Origin: Candidatus Sulfomarinibacteraceae bacterium
Lineage (GTDB): Bacteria; Acidobacteriota; Thermoanaerobaculia; Thermoanaerobaculales; Sulfomarinibacteraceae
DNA: 64,000 bases
Reading direction: 5' to 3'
Assembly: GCA_963796455.1 (NCBI GenBank)
Contig: CAWCLO010000005.1
Span: 64,001-128,000, forward strand
Numbering within the stretch: the first letter of the stretch is position 1; each line of letters begins with the position of its first letter. Below the pieces are notes generated by a model. That model did no database searches. It was not told the origin of the DNA and was given only the letters and a program-made list of their open reading frames with translations. Both the position numbers and the translations under genes were made by a program. Shown here one piece after another: positions 31,849-41,912 of the stretch.

Positions 31849-32652
31849 TCAGTTGCTCCCGGATGAGGAAACCGACGCCTTGTAGCGTCGGTATTCGTCC
31901 CAGAGTTTTTCGCGCAACTCGGGGTCCTGCTCCGTCATGGCGGCCTCGCGGAGTTGTCGGGCCACGATGTCATCGTCAGATCCATCGCCGACATCGGTCG
32001 GGACTTCAGAGGATCCGGTGCCTCCGGGGCCCGATCCGCCACCTACCGAACCGGCAGAATCGCCGCCCTGTTCTCCGCTGGTCCCCGATCCGCCTTCCGC
32101 GGCACTGTCGCTTTGGTCGGATGATGACCCGGGTCCCGATGCGGACGAAGATGAGCCACCGGGTGGGGGTCCTCCGACCCCTCCGCGGGCCGCTGCCTCG
32201 GCGGCGAGGCGCTGCAGCTCTTCACGCATTTTCTGGTCGAATTCAGCGGTCGAGGAACCGAGCTGGTCTTCGAGGGCCGAGGTTGCTTCGTCGCTGGAAT
32301 CTGCGCCGCCGGGAGGTCTCTCGCCGCCGCTTTGACCACCCTGCATACCCGCCCCGCCCCCGGGCGAAGCCTCTTGACCCGATTCGCCGTCTCCGGCACC
32401 TTCAGATCCGCCGCCGGTCGATGCGGCTCCCTCGGCACCGGTTTCACCGCCGCCGCCCTCTCCGCCGCCGGTCTGACCGCCTCCGGCGGCGGAAGATCCC
32501 TGGCCGGCTGATTCAGCGCTTGCCCCGGGCATTTCTTCGGGTGTTTCGGGAGGTGCTTGCTGGTTGTTGGAACCACTCGAAGCGCACCCGAAAAGCAGGA
32601 CTGCGATGAGGGTCATTCCGGCACCGAGCAGTATTTGTTCTATTGTCTTCAT
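31849..32652 (-). CDS. Gly/Ser-rich lipoprotein with C-terminal DDDIVARQLREAA...LWDEYRRYK helix
   Basis: Lipobox LFGC; low-complexity body. Confidence 0.7.
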   Translation of the reverse strand: MKTIEQILLGAGMTLIAVLLFGCASSGSNNQQAPPETPEEMPGASAESAGQGSSAAGGGQTGGGEGGGGETGAEGAASTGGGSEGAGDGESGQEASPGGGAGMQGGQSGGERPPGGADSSDEATSALEDQLGSSTAEFDQKMREELQRLAAEAAARGGVGGPPPGGSSSSASGPGSSSDQSDSAAEGGSGTSGEQGGDSAGSVGGGSGPGGTGSSEVPTDVGDGSDDDIVARQLREAAMTEQDPELREKLWDEYRRYKASVSSSGSN

Positions 32653-32855
32653 TGTTCGTACTCTCTCAATCACATCAACGTTCCCGGAAGGGAAAACGGA
32701 GTTGACACAGGAACGCATTCCGAACTCTAACATGCACATCCTGTGCCGAAGCCGGGTGGACATATTTTCGGAGTTGTGACTGATCAACGCGTGTTACAAT
32801 TTGCAGCCGCTTTCCCCGCCGTCCGAGCGGGGCGAGATCGTGCCCGGAGGTTTGT

Positions 32856-33374
32856 ATGAGGGGCTTTTCGCGGTTGTCTGCGTTTGTGGTCATGGTGCTG
32901 CTGGTAGCGCCGGCCGTGGCCGGCCAGGTGGGTTTTCTGGACGCCGAGCGGGCGGTCTTTTCGGTCGACGAAGGCAAACGGCAGCAGGCGGCGCTCGAAG
33001 AATGGGCAAAGACCCGGACGGAAGAGTTGCAGCGGATGCAGTCCGAAGTCGCGGAGCTCACGAATCAGCTCAACCGACAGCGTGCGGTGGCCGCACCCGA
33101 CGCGCTTTCAGAACTCGAGAACCGGGCCCGGCAGGCCAACAGGGCTCTCGAGGATGCCGATCGGAATTTCAAACGCGAAGTCGAGAGCAAACAAAGAGAA
33201 TTGCTCGCAGAGGTGGCCGCGAGAGTGCGCAGCGTGGCCGGCGAGTATGCCCTTGAAAACGACTTCGATGCGGTCTTCCTGATCGACGCCCAACCTCTCG
33301 TCTATATGAAGGAAACAGCCGACCTGACCGAAACGGTGATCCGGATCTATAACGAAAAATACCCGGTGAACTGA
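32856..33374 (+). CDS. skp: OmpH/Skp outer-membrane chaperone
   Basis: Signal peptide, VGFLD, long coiled coil, DLTETVI. Confidence 0.8.
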   Translation: MRGFSRLSAFVVMVLLVAPAVAGQVGFLDAERAVFSVDEGKRQQAALEEWAKTRTEELQRMQSEVAELTNQLNRQRAVAAPDALSELENRARQANRALEDADRNFKREVESKQRELLAEVAARVRSVAGEYALENDFDAVFLIDAQPLVYMKETADLTETVIRIYNEKYPVN

Positions 33375-33414
33375 CGCTATTGCTGCGTTTTCACGGGATA
33401 TACTCACCCGACCC

Positions 33415-36222
33415 ATGGTGAGATCATTTTCGGTCGTTGCAGCAGTTCTCGTGCTCGTCGCCGGTATTTCCATCGTCGACGCGGGCGAGAATGACCCGCA
33501 CCATGACCTGACGGTGGTCGTCGAGAGCCCGCCTACCCGGCTCGATGCCGGTGACGTGGTCTCGGTGGTCCTCGAGATCACGAACGACGGCTCGTTGTCC
33601 TGGTCGACCGACGACGGGTTCGCCCTGGCCTATCATTGGCTCGATCTTCACGGCGAGCCGGTCGTGTGGGACGGTCGCCGGACAGCCTTGCCGAGAGTGA
33701 TGGCCGCCGGTGATTCGGTCGAAATGGAGGCGATCCTCGAAGCGCCTCCCCAAGCCGGTGAGTATTTTCTGGTCTGGGACCTTGTACACGAGCGGGTGTT
33801 GTGGGTTTCAGAGGTCGATCCGACTCCGGTCACACCAATTCCAATCTCGGTCTCGGTCCAGACGAGCCACCGCTTTTCCCTCCAGAGCGCCGACCCGCCA
33901 AGGGTGATGGTGGCCGGGTCCCAGACCGCCATGGATATCCGGCTCCGCAACGACGGCACCCGGGTGTGGCCGGAGGATGGTACCGTCAACGCCTCGTATC
34001 AGTGGTTGTCGCTCGGTGGTGACCGAGTCCCCGGGGAAGGACACGGCGTCCTCCTGGAGGGACGGCGGACCAGGTTTCAAGACACCGTCAGCCAGGGCGA
34101 ATCCGCCAGCATGAGGATCGTCATCGATTCCCCACCGAGAGGGGGGCTTTACCGCCTGCAGATCGACATGGTCGAGGAGGGGGTGTGCTGGTTTTCGGAT
34201 CGCCAGCCCGACCCGCCACCGGCGCGAACGGTCCTGGTCATCGCCAATCCGCTGACATCGCCCGGCTGGTGGGCGTTTTTGAGCCTTCTTGGTGCTGCTG
34301 CCGCAGCGGCAACCTTGCATCGCGGCGGACCTCCCGCCCTGGTCGGGATCTTTGCCGCAGGGGATGTCATCTGGTTGGTGGGCTCGTTGGTGCTCAAACA
34401 GTCCTTTGTCCTGGCCGGTGCCGTGAATAGACCAGGCGTCGAAGGGTGGCTGCTCATGGTGGCCGGTGCGGCGGCGATCGCGCTGTTGACCCGTATCTTG
34501 CCCGTCCGATTTCGCGCCTGGGGCTGTTGGCTGGCCGCAGCGGCGGCGACCCTGGTTCTCTGGGGCGATGCGGTCTATCTTCGTTTTTTTGGAGATCTTC
34601 CGGGCCCCGCCGCCCTGTCCGCCGTCGGTCAGGTGGGCCAGATCGAAGCAAGTGTCCGGAGTCTCCTGATGGCTTCCGATCTGTGGCTGTGGCTGGATCT
34701 GCTGCCGGGCATCGTTGTGGTCTTGGTTGCGAGACGGCTGCAGCTTCGATCGGGCCGGTGGTTGCATCGCGGTGTGGTGCTGGTCCTGATTGTTTTGGTC
34801 TTGCCCGGAGTCGTGACGGCGAAACGGCTCGAGGTCGAACAGGGGAGGCGCCTGCGACAGGTCTTTCGAAGGGTTCGTGTGGCCAAGAATGTGGGCATCC
34901 TGAATCTCCACGGGATTGAAATCGGGCGACAGCTCGCTGGTGTGTTTTCGCGCGCGAAGCTGAGTCCCGAGGAAGAACGGGAAATCGTCGACTGGTTCCG
35001 TGAGCGCGCACCGTTGCGTGCGGGTGTCGGACCGTGGTTCGGTGCTGCGGATGGCTTCAATCTCATCATGCTGCAGGTAGAGAGCCTGCAGGGCTTTGTC
35101 GTGGGTCTGGAGATCGAAGGCCGGGAAGTCACCCCATTCCTCAATGAATTGCGGGACCGTGCTCTGTATTTTTCTAATTTCGGTGATCAGACCCTCGATG
35201 GCCGGTCGTCGGATTCCGAGTTCAGCACCCAGGTTTCGCTGCTGCCCTCGACCGGAGGCGCGGCCGCCTTCCTCCACGACGACAATGATTTCACCGGTTT
35301 GGCGGAGGTGCTCGCTGCCGAGGGCTACGAGACCCTTTCGGCGGTGCCCTTCGATGGGAGCTTTTGGAATCGGCGAACCACCCATCGCGCCTATGGTTAT
35401 GGGAAGAGTCTGTTCACGGAGGATTTTCCTACCGGCGAAAAAGTGGGATGGGGTCTCAACGATCGCGATTTTCTGCGCTTGATGGCGAATCGTGTGGGCC
35501 GTGTCGAACAGCCGTTTGCCGCCTATCTGTTGACCCTCTCCCTGCATCATCCCTTTGATGGATTTCCGGTTCGTTTTCAGACCTTCGACGTCGGTCCGTG
35601 GGCGGGCACGCCCTTCGGGAATTTCCTTCATACGATGCATTTCTTCGATCAGGCCCTGGCCGGGTTTTTTGCCGAATTGGAGAGAGAAGGCCTTGCGGAT
35701 AAGACCGTGGTTGCCCTCTGGGGAGATCATGATGCCGGTTTCAAGTGGCGCTCGGAGATCGCCGAAGTGACGGGATTCAGCCATGACAACATCGGCTGGT
35801 ATCTGAGCCAGGAGGTTCCACTCTTCATCGTCGTTCCGGGTCGGGAAGGGGCCGGTGGCGAGCTCTTGCTTTCGACCGGCCACGTGGATGTCGCTCCGAC
35901 GCTGATCGCACTGTTGGGTATTGATCCAGCCCCCTACGCTTTTGTCGGTCGAAACCTGCTCGGAGAACCCGGTGATCAACCGATTGTCGGGGAGTTCGAT
36001 TGTTGGAGAGACTCCAGACACCTCTTCATCCGGGGCAGTGGAAATCTTGCAGACGGCAGCTGTATCGACGCCACGAATCTGAAGGTCCTTCCGGTCTCAG
36101 AGTGTGCTGCAGGCTTTGCCGTCGCCGAAAAAACGGTGGCGGTTTCAGCTGCGGTCCTGGAACACGATCTGCAACGCGAGATTCACCTCCGCTTGATTGG
36201 CGAAACGAGCCACTCAGAGTGA
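33415..36222 (+). CDS. LTA-synthase-family sulfatase with two N-terminal Ig-like domains
   Basis: QVESLQ, TPFLN, GRSSDSEF, FWNR, LSLHHPF, WGDH, HVDVAPT; 5 TM segments; N-terminal NDG..W / YHW / DLV.E...W repeats. Confidence 0.85.
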   Translation: MVRSFSVVAAVLVLVAGISIVDAGENDPHHDLTVVVESPPTRLDAGDVVSVVLEITNDGSLSWSTDDGFALAYHWLDLHGEPVVWDGRRTALPRVMAAGDSVEMEAILEAPPQAGEYFLVWDLVHERVLWVSEVDPTPVTPIPISVSVQTSHRFSLQSADPPRVMVAGSQTAMDIRLRNDGTRVWPEDGTVNASYQWLSLGGDRVPGEGHGVLLEGRRTRFQDTVSQGESASMRIVIDSPPRGGLYRLQIDMVEEGVCWFSDRQPDPPPARTVLVIANPLTSPGWWAFLSLLGAAAAAATLHRGGPPALVGIFAAGDVIWLVGSLVLKQSFVLAGAVNRPGVEGWLLMVAGAAAIALLTRILPVRFRAWGCWLAAAAATLVLWGDAVYLRFFGDLPGPAALSAVGQVGQIEASVRSLLMASDLWLWLDLLPGIVVVLVARRLQLRSGRWLHRGVVLVLIVLVLPGVVTAKRLEVEQGRRLRQVFRRVRVAKNVGILNLHGIEIGRQLAGVFSRAKLSPEEEREIVDWFRERAPLRAGVGPWFGAADGFNLIMLQVESLQGFVVGLEIEGREVTPFLNELRDRALYFSNFGDQTLDGRSSDSEFSTQVSLLPSTGGAAAFLHDDNDFTGLAEVLAAEGYETLSAVPFDGSFWNRRTTHRAYGYGKSLFTEDFPTGEKVGWGLNDRDFLRLMANRVGRVEQPFAAYLLTLSLHHPFDGFPVRFQTFDVGPWAGTPFGNFLHTMHFFDQALAGFFAELEREGLADKTVVALWGDHDAGFKWRSEIAEVTGFSHDNIGWYLSQEVPLFIVVPGREGAGGELLLSTGHVDVAPTLIALLGIDPAPYAFVGRNLLGEPGDQPIVGEFDCWRDSRHLFIRGSGNLADGSCIDATNLKVLPVSECAAGFAVAEKTVAVSAAVLEHDLQREIHLRLIGETSHSE

Positions 36223-36420
36223 GTCCTGAGAGTGAGCCCTTCGCTCTCGATGCGCGAGCTCGGCCCCAACGGGGCGATCAGCGATCGGCAGGAACAATTA
36301 TCAAAGTATCGTCTCGAGTGGCCGACCGGCCGGAGCGAATAATCGGTGAGAAAACCGGGTTACAGTGCATGTTAGGATGGGTCCGTCCCACCACGCTGCA
36401 ACCGCAGTAAGGAGCATCAT

Positions 36421-37476
36421 ATGAATCAGAAGGCTGACAAAGTCAAAGCGCTGGAGACGGCAATCGGGCAGATCGAACGCCAGTTCGGCAAGGGCTCGGT
36501 GATGCGTCTCGGTGACAGTCCCAGAGTGCGTATCAACACCATCCCGACCGGCTCACTGACCCTCGATGCCGCCCTCGGGATCGGCGGCGTGCCGCGTGGC
36601 CGCGTGATCGAAATCTATGGGCCCGAATCATCGGGAAAAACCACTCTCGCTCTCCACATCATCGCCAATGCTCAGAAGACCGGTGGATTGGTGGCGTTCA
36701 TCGATGCGGAACACGCTCTCGATCCGGAGTACGCGGAAAACCTCGGTGTCAATCTCGACGAGTTGCTGATCTCGCAGCCGGATTTCGGTGAGCAGGCGCT
36801 GGAGATCGCGGAAACCTTGATTCGTTCCGGGTCGGTGGATGCGATCGTCATCGATTCGGTGGCCGCCCTGGTGCCGCGGTCGGAGCTCGAAGGCGATATG
36901 GGTGACGCCCAGATGGGTTTGCAGGCCCGGTTGATGTCGCAGGCTCTTCGCAAACTTGCAGGCATCGTCTCCAAGTCGAACACGAGCCTGATCTTTATCA
37001 ACCAGGTGCGCGAGAAGATCGGTGTCATGTTCGGCAACCCGGAGACCACGACCGGCGGGCGGGCCCTCAAATTCTACTCGTCGGTGCGGATCGATATCCG
37101 CCGGACCAGCGCCATCAAACAGGGCGACAAGGTGGTCGGAAATCGCACCAAGGCGAAGGTCGCGAAGAACAAGGTTGCCGCACCCTTCAAGGTGGCCGAA
37201 TTCGATATTCTCTACGGTGAGGGCATCTCTCTGACCGGCGAACTGCTCGATCTCGGGGTCGAGTACCGGATGGTCCAGAAATCTGGTTCCTGGTACTCCT
37301 ATGGCGAAACCCGGATCGGTCAGGGAAGGGAAGCGGCGCGCACCTTCCTCAAAGAAAATCCGGAAATCGCCGACGGAATCGAAATCAAGCTTCGCCAGGA
37401 ACTGGGTCTTTTGCCCGGAGCCGAGGTTGAAGAGGTTGCCGAGGAATCGGCGGACGCCGCGGAGAAATCGGAATAG
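36421..37476 (+). CDS. recA: Recombinase A
   Basis: [40 protein letters not shown]. Confidence 0.99.
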   Translation: MNQKADKVKALETAIGQIERQFGKGSVMRLGDSPRVRINTIPTGSLTLDAALGIGGVPRGRVIEIYGPESSGKTTLALHIIANAQKTGGLVAFIDAEHALDPEYAENLGVNLDELLISQPDFGEQALEIAETLIRSGSVDAIVIDSVAALVPRSELEGDMGDAQMGLQARLMSQALRKLAGIVSKSNTSLIFINQVREKIGVMFGNPETTTGGRALKFYSSVRIDIRRTSAIKQGDKVVGNRTKAKVAKNKVAAPFKVAEFDILYGEGISLTGELLDLGVEYRMVQKSGSWYSYGETRIGQGREAARTFLKENPEIADGIEIKLRQELGLLPGAEVEEVAEESADAAEKSE

Positions 37477-37538
37477 GCACCGGTCTTTTTCGGGTCGTTG
37501 CCTCTGACCGGCTGATACAATCTCAAGAGGAGAAATGA

Positions 37539-38675
37539 ATGAGGATGAGACTCCGTCAAAAAACCGCCTGTGTTTTTGCACTGACGATGCTGCTGACCGT
37601 CGGCATTGGCGCCCAGGGTCAGACGCAAGTCGAGCCCGATGACACGACCTTGCGATGGGTGCAGCGCGCCGTTGCGTGGTATCCCGACTCGACCTTCGAA
37701 TTGATCGAGAACAAACGTTTTCAGACCACCGCAGGCTCCTATCGCCTGGTGCGCATCGATCGAAAATGTGCCAGCCAAATGCTCAGCGGTCAGCCGTCGG
37801 CATTGGTGGACGAGGTCACCAACTCGGTGTGGCTGGGGTCGGTCGGCGAATTGCCCGTGGTGCGGGCGGGTGCGAGCACTGATGAGATCAAAACCTTTGT
37901 CGCGGGCTTTCTTCCGGAAGCTCTCAGCGCATCGATGGGTCTCAAGGCGAAGGTGGTCTGGGATGTCGGTCCGCGTCGTCCGGGAGCGTTGATTCCCATG
38001 GATTTGATGGTCCAGACCGGGTATGGAGAATACCGTCGCCCGGCCGCTGTGACCGCCGATGGAAAATACCTGGTGATGGCGACCGAGATGTCTCGCGACG
38101 AAGACCCGGTTGCGGCTCGCAAGCGCCGCTTCGCCAACAGCAAATACGTCATCTGGGATACCGAAAAGAAAGGCGATTCCAAGGTCGAAATCGTCGAGTT
38201 CTCGGACCTCGAGTGCCCGGCCTGCAAGAGCAAGTGGCCGCTGGTCGAGGAGGTTCTGGCCAAGAACTCCGCGACTGTTCGCCACGGCATGGTCAGTTTT
38301 CCGTTGACGATGATCCATCCGTGGGCGTTTCGCGCCGCCAGCGCCTCGTGGTGTGTCGCGCAGCAAAACCCCCAGTCGCTGATTCCATTCAAGGAGACCT
38401 TCTACTCGCTGCAGCGCGAGATGGAGGTTTCGCTGGTAACGGAAACCTCGGTCGATTTTGTGGCCGGTCAGGGTCTCGACGAAAGCGCTTTTCGCGGATG
38501 TTATCTGCGTGAAAGTTCCCTGGAGGCGGTTCACAAACAAATGGGTCTGGGTCAATTGATGGGTGTTCGCGCCACGCCGACATACTTTGTCAACGGCTGG
38601 CAGATCCAGGTCCCCGATGCGAGCTGGTTTCCGGCGTTTGTTGCCGACCTCGCAGCGGGCAAGGAGCCCAAGTAG
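37539..38675 (+). CDS. Exported DsbA/thioredoxin-fold protein
   Basis: Signal peptide; EFSDLECPAC; GVRATPTYFVNG. Confidence 0.85.
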   Translation: MRMRLRQKTACVFALTMLLTVGIGAQGQTQVEPDDTTLRWVQRAVAWYPDSTFELIENKRFQTTAGSYRLVRIDRKCASQMLSGQPSALVDEVTNSVWLGSVGELPVVRAGASTDEIKTFVAGFLPEALSASMGLKAKVVWDVGPRRPGALIPMDLMVQTGYGEYRRPAAVTADGKYLVMATEMSRDEDPVAARKRRFANSKYVIWDTEKKGDSKVEIVEFSDLECPACKSKWPLVEEVLAKNSATVRHGMVSFPLTMIHPWAFRAASASWCVAQQNPQSLIPFKETFYSLQREMEVSLVTETSVDFVAGQGLDESAFRGCYLRESSLEAVHKQMGLGQLMGVRATPTYFVNGWQIQVPDASWFPAFVADLAAGKEPK

Positions 38676-38979
38676 GCAGGGTTTGGAATAAGGAATTAGG
38701 AAGTTCATCGCACTCGAAGCCATCACAAACCGCAGAACGCGCAGATGAGCGCGGATAGAAGACCGCTTTCGCTTTCTACCTAGCCTGCTGCAAGAACCGG
38801 ATTTGCAGAGGGGTTGCCGGTCGCAAAATCCATGAGGCGGGATCACTCGTGCCCAAGTGCGAGTTTCGGACAGCGATCAGGGACGGCGGCAGCGATCAGC
38901 GTCAGAGACAGGGAACAGCGATTAGTGTTCAGCGTCAGCGTCAGCGAACAGCGGCCGGGACAGCGACAGCGAACAGCGC

Positions 38980-39333
38980 TCACTTCGTCGGGTTCAACAA
39001 CCGCCAGGTCATGGCACGGACCTGATCGAAGGCCTTCATCGCTTCACCGGCTCCATTCCGGTTGACCGCCCCAGCGTGGGCGAGGAGCTTCAAGTGGCTG
39101 TCGACCTCTTTCGCCGAGGCGTAGGCGATTCTCCAGTGATTCGACCGGTCTCTACCGACTCGGCCGTGCCCTTCTGCCAGATTCGCAGGGACCGAACTTG
39201 CCGACCGGATCACCTGGTCGGCTATGGATTTCAGCGGAGCTGGAACCCTCATCACGAGTTTGATCGCGATTCCTGCTGCTTCGAGGGCTTTCGAGTGGGC
39301 AACGAGGTTGGTGTTCGTGGCGGCGTTGGACAT
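38980..39333 (-). CDS. Four-helix-bundle protein, copy C
   Basis: Same motifs as copies A and B. Confidence 0.85.
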   Translation of the reverse strand: MSNAATNTNLVAHSKALEAAGIAIKLVMRVPAPLKSIADQVIRSASSVPANLAEGHGRVGRDRSNHWRIAYASAKEVDSHLKLLAHAGAVNRNGAGEAMKAFDQVRAMTWRLLNPTK

Positions 39334-39512
39334 GGTCACCTCCGGGTCGTTCATGCCCATTCCCACAAGCCGGTGTGGCGGCCGATGTCAAGGATGCCCT
39401 GCACCCTGCCTGTCCTTGACATCGGTCGCCCACCGGCTACCCCTTCTTTGGAACGACCCGGAGGTGGCCACTTCGCCACATGAACTCCAGACTGCTGCCG
39501 CTGCCGCTGCCG

Positions 39513-39554
39513 CTGATCACTGATCACTGATCACTGATCACTGATCACTGATCA
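39513..39554 (+). repeat. Tandem heptamer (CTGATCA)x6
   Basis: Perfect copies inside the arm of element C. Confidence 0.9.
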
Positions 39555-39857
39555 CTGACCGCTGTCCTCTGTCGCTGTTGCCTGTCGCTGACGCTGGACA
39601 CTGTCGCTGCCGCTGCAATTCGGGATCGGGATCGGGCACGGGCAACCGCTAACCAGATATGCCGAAACCAACCCGTAACCAACGTGTTTTCACGTTGGAA
39701 TCTTCACGTACCGATCTGTTTTGAACAGCAGTGATCCTGCATCCTGCGCCAGTATTCGCTCGAAACTGCAATCTACGTTACCTTTTCTGAAGCTCCGGCC
39801 AATGACTGGGCACTGGAGCTGGCCATGTCGAAGACCGATATTGCAGTGATGAAGCAC

Positions 39858-40568
39858 ATGAATACTGAACACGAGCACGCGACCTGGAAGAAGTGGCGCA
39901 AGCTGGCTCTCGGGCTGGTTGCGGTTGCGGTTGGGTTGTTTGCGGCGTGGCGTTTTGGTGTCTTCGATCTCCTGACGGTCGAGAACATCGATCGCCTCGA
40001 CGGGTGGTTCGAGAGTCTCGGGTGGTGGGCGCCGCTCGCGTTCATCCTTCTCTGGATCGTGGCGGCGGTGTTCTTTCTGCCGGGATTGGTGATCACCATT
40101 GCGGGCGGCCTGATTTTCGGCGCGGTCTGGGGCACGGTGTGGACGACGATCGGCGCGAATCTCGGGGCCATCGCGGCCTTCCTGATCGGCCGCTACGCCG
40201 CGCGCGAGATGGTCGAGGCAATGGTGGAGAAAAACGCGACGCTCAAGAAGATCGATGAAGGCGTCGCGACCCATGGATGGCGGATGTTGTTGATCACCCG
40301 GTTGGTGCCGATCTTTCCTTTCAATATTCAGAATTATGTCTACGGTCTGACCGACATACCTTTGAAGACCTTTGTCCTTGTCACATTGCCTGCAATGCTG
40401 CCGGCCACCATTGCCTTCAATTTCGCGGCCGGTTCCGTTCGGACCGGCGATTTCGGAAAATCCCTGTGGTACCTCGGGATTGCGGCGGTGTCTTTTGTCC
40501 TGCTCTCGCTGATCCCGGGATGGGTGCGGCGGCGTTTCGGAAGCGGCGACCTTCCGGGCGAAGGTTGA
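39858..40568 (+). CDS. TVP38/TMEM64 (DedA superfamily) membrane protein
   Basis: LPGLVITIAGGLIFG, AFLIGRY, RLVPIFPFNIQNY; start uncertain (39825-39858). Confidence 0.88.
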   Translation: MNTEHEHATWKKWRKLALGLVAVAVGLFAAWRFGVFDLLTVENIDRLDGWFESLGWWAPLAFILLWIVAAVFFLPGLVITIAGGLIFGAVWGTVWTTIGANLGAIAAFLIGRYAAREMVEAMVEKNATLKKIDEGVATHGWRMLLITRLVPIFPFNIQNYVYGLTDIPLKTFVLVTLPAMLPATIAFNFAAGSVRTGDFGKSLWYLGIAAVSFVLLSLIPGWVRRRFGSGDLPGEG

Positions 40569-40967
40569 GATCCTCTTTTGTTACCGATTCGTAACTGTGC
40601 TGTCGTGCTCAGAAGACGGTAGCGCGATCTCGTGGAACGATTGCGACCGGCAGGGGTGATCACCTTCGGTCGGATCTCCTGTGCTTTGGTGACTTCGCTC
40701 GGATCCCCACGGTGCAAACCAGGATTGGCAGTGGTTGATATCCGAGCAGTTCACTAGGGAATAAATATTGCGAATTTCGTGCCCGAATGGAGAGCGCTGA
40801 AGGCTTCCAGCGAATTCGATCGGGATGCGTTTTTGTGCGGTTCCCGCGAGCTCGGTGTGTTGATCGGCGCGGAATTTCGAAGCTTTCAAACATGTCCATT
40901 TGCGAGATTGTGCAACCATCACAATATGCAAAAATGGTTATATAATTCATTTTGAGGAGTGATATTG

Positions 40968-41912
40968 ATGACTACTCTTATTTACGTCATCGCGTACCTC
41001 GGCATTGTTTTCTTTCTCATCGCTGTCGTCGCCCGATTCGTGATGTGGTCGAAGATGCCGATGCATCTCAGATGGGAGCTCTACCCCGTCGCTCATGAGG
41101 GTGGAGGGCGCGCGGCCTATGGCGGTTCCTATCTCGAGGAGAGCGATTGGTGGACCAAAAAGCGCGAGGTCTCCATGCTCGGAGAGCTCAAGGTCATGGT
41201 GCCGGAGATTCTCTTCCTGGTCGCCCTCCGAGAGCACAATTCCAAGCTCTGGAAATGGTCCTTCCCGTTCCATTTTGGGCTCTATCTGGTCGCCGCTGCC
41301 ACGATCATGATGATCGTCGGAGGGATCGCGGGTGCGCTCCTTCCGGCTGCGGTCGCCGGCCCGACGAATACCATCTTTTCGGCAGTCGTTCCCTTCTTGG
41401 GCGGTGCCGGCCTGATCCTCGGCATCATCGGTGCAGTCGGTCTCTTTGCCCGTCGCCGCGGTCGTTCATTGAAGGACTATACGGCGCCTGCGGATCTCTT
41501 CAACCTGTTGTTTTTCATCGTGGCCTTTGGCATCGCGCTCATCCTCTTCATTGGATTTGATCGCGATTTTTCGATGGTCTCGGCCTTTGTCGCCAACCTG
41601 GTGGCATTCAAGTTCGCGCCCCTGGCCATCGGCGGCACCGGAGCGCTGTTGCTCCTGTTGTCGGTCGTGCTGCTATCGCTCCTGGTGGCGTATATCCCGA
41701 CCACCCACATGTCGCACTTTGTAGGCAAGTACTTTGCCTATCACTCGATTCGTTGGAAGGATGACCCGAATCTCGCCGGTGGCGATGAAGAGGTCGTCAT
41801 CGAAGAACTGCTCAATCGACCGATTTCGTGGTCTGCCCACCACATCGGCGGTGACGGAAAGAAGACCTGGCTCGAGGCAGCGACCGAAGAGCCGGAGGTG
41901 AAAACCAAATGA
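40968..41912 (+). CDS. dsrM: DsrM-like cytochrome b (NarI family)
   Basis: LRWELYPVAHE, FPFHFGLY, YIPTTHMSHFVGKYF; 6 TM; coupled to a dsrK-like gene. Confidence 0.75.
   Translation: MTTLIYVIAYLGIVFFLIAVVARFVMWSKMPMHLRWELYPVAHEGGGRAAYGGSYLEESDWWTKKREVSMLGELKVMVPEILFLVALREHNSKLWKWSFPFHFGLYLVAAATIMMIVGGIAGALLPAAVAGPTNTIFSAVVPFLGGAGLILGIIGAVGLFARRRGRSLKDYTAPADLFNLLFFIVAFGIALILFIGFDRDFSMVSAFVANLVAFKFAPLAIGGTGALLLLLSVVLLSLLVAYIPTTHMSHFVGKYFAYHSIRWKDDPNLAGGDEEVVIEELLNRPISWSAHHIGGDGKKTWLEAATEEPEVKTK

Larger units (their letters stand above)
38841..39736 (-). mobile_element. 4HB repeat element, full copy C
   Basis: GATCACTCGTGCCCAAG / CTGTTTTGAACAGCAGTGATC ends; same leader and gene; internal (CTGATCA)x6. 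Confidence 0.8.

Noticed and set aside
33808..36021. Long antisense ORFs (e.g. 737 aa here, 37320-38846, 52394-53866)
   Set aside because: Shadow frames of well-supported genes in GC-rich DNA, with no motifs.
36223..36420. LexA box upstream of recA
   Set aside because: No convincing palindrome or GTTC-N7-GTTC repeat found by eye.
18103..39554. CRISPR array
   Set aside because: The repeats are short tandem units without unique spacers, and there are no cas genes.
19808..39736. 4HB genes as markers of 23S rRNA intervening sequences
   Set aside because: The flanks are protein-coding genes; there is no rRNA sequence in the window.
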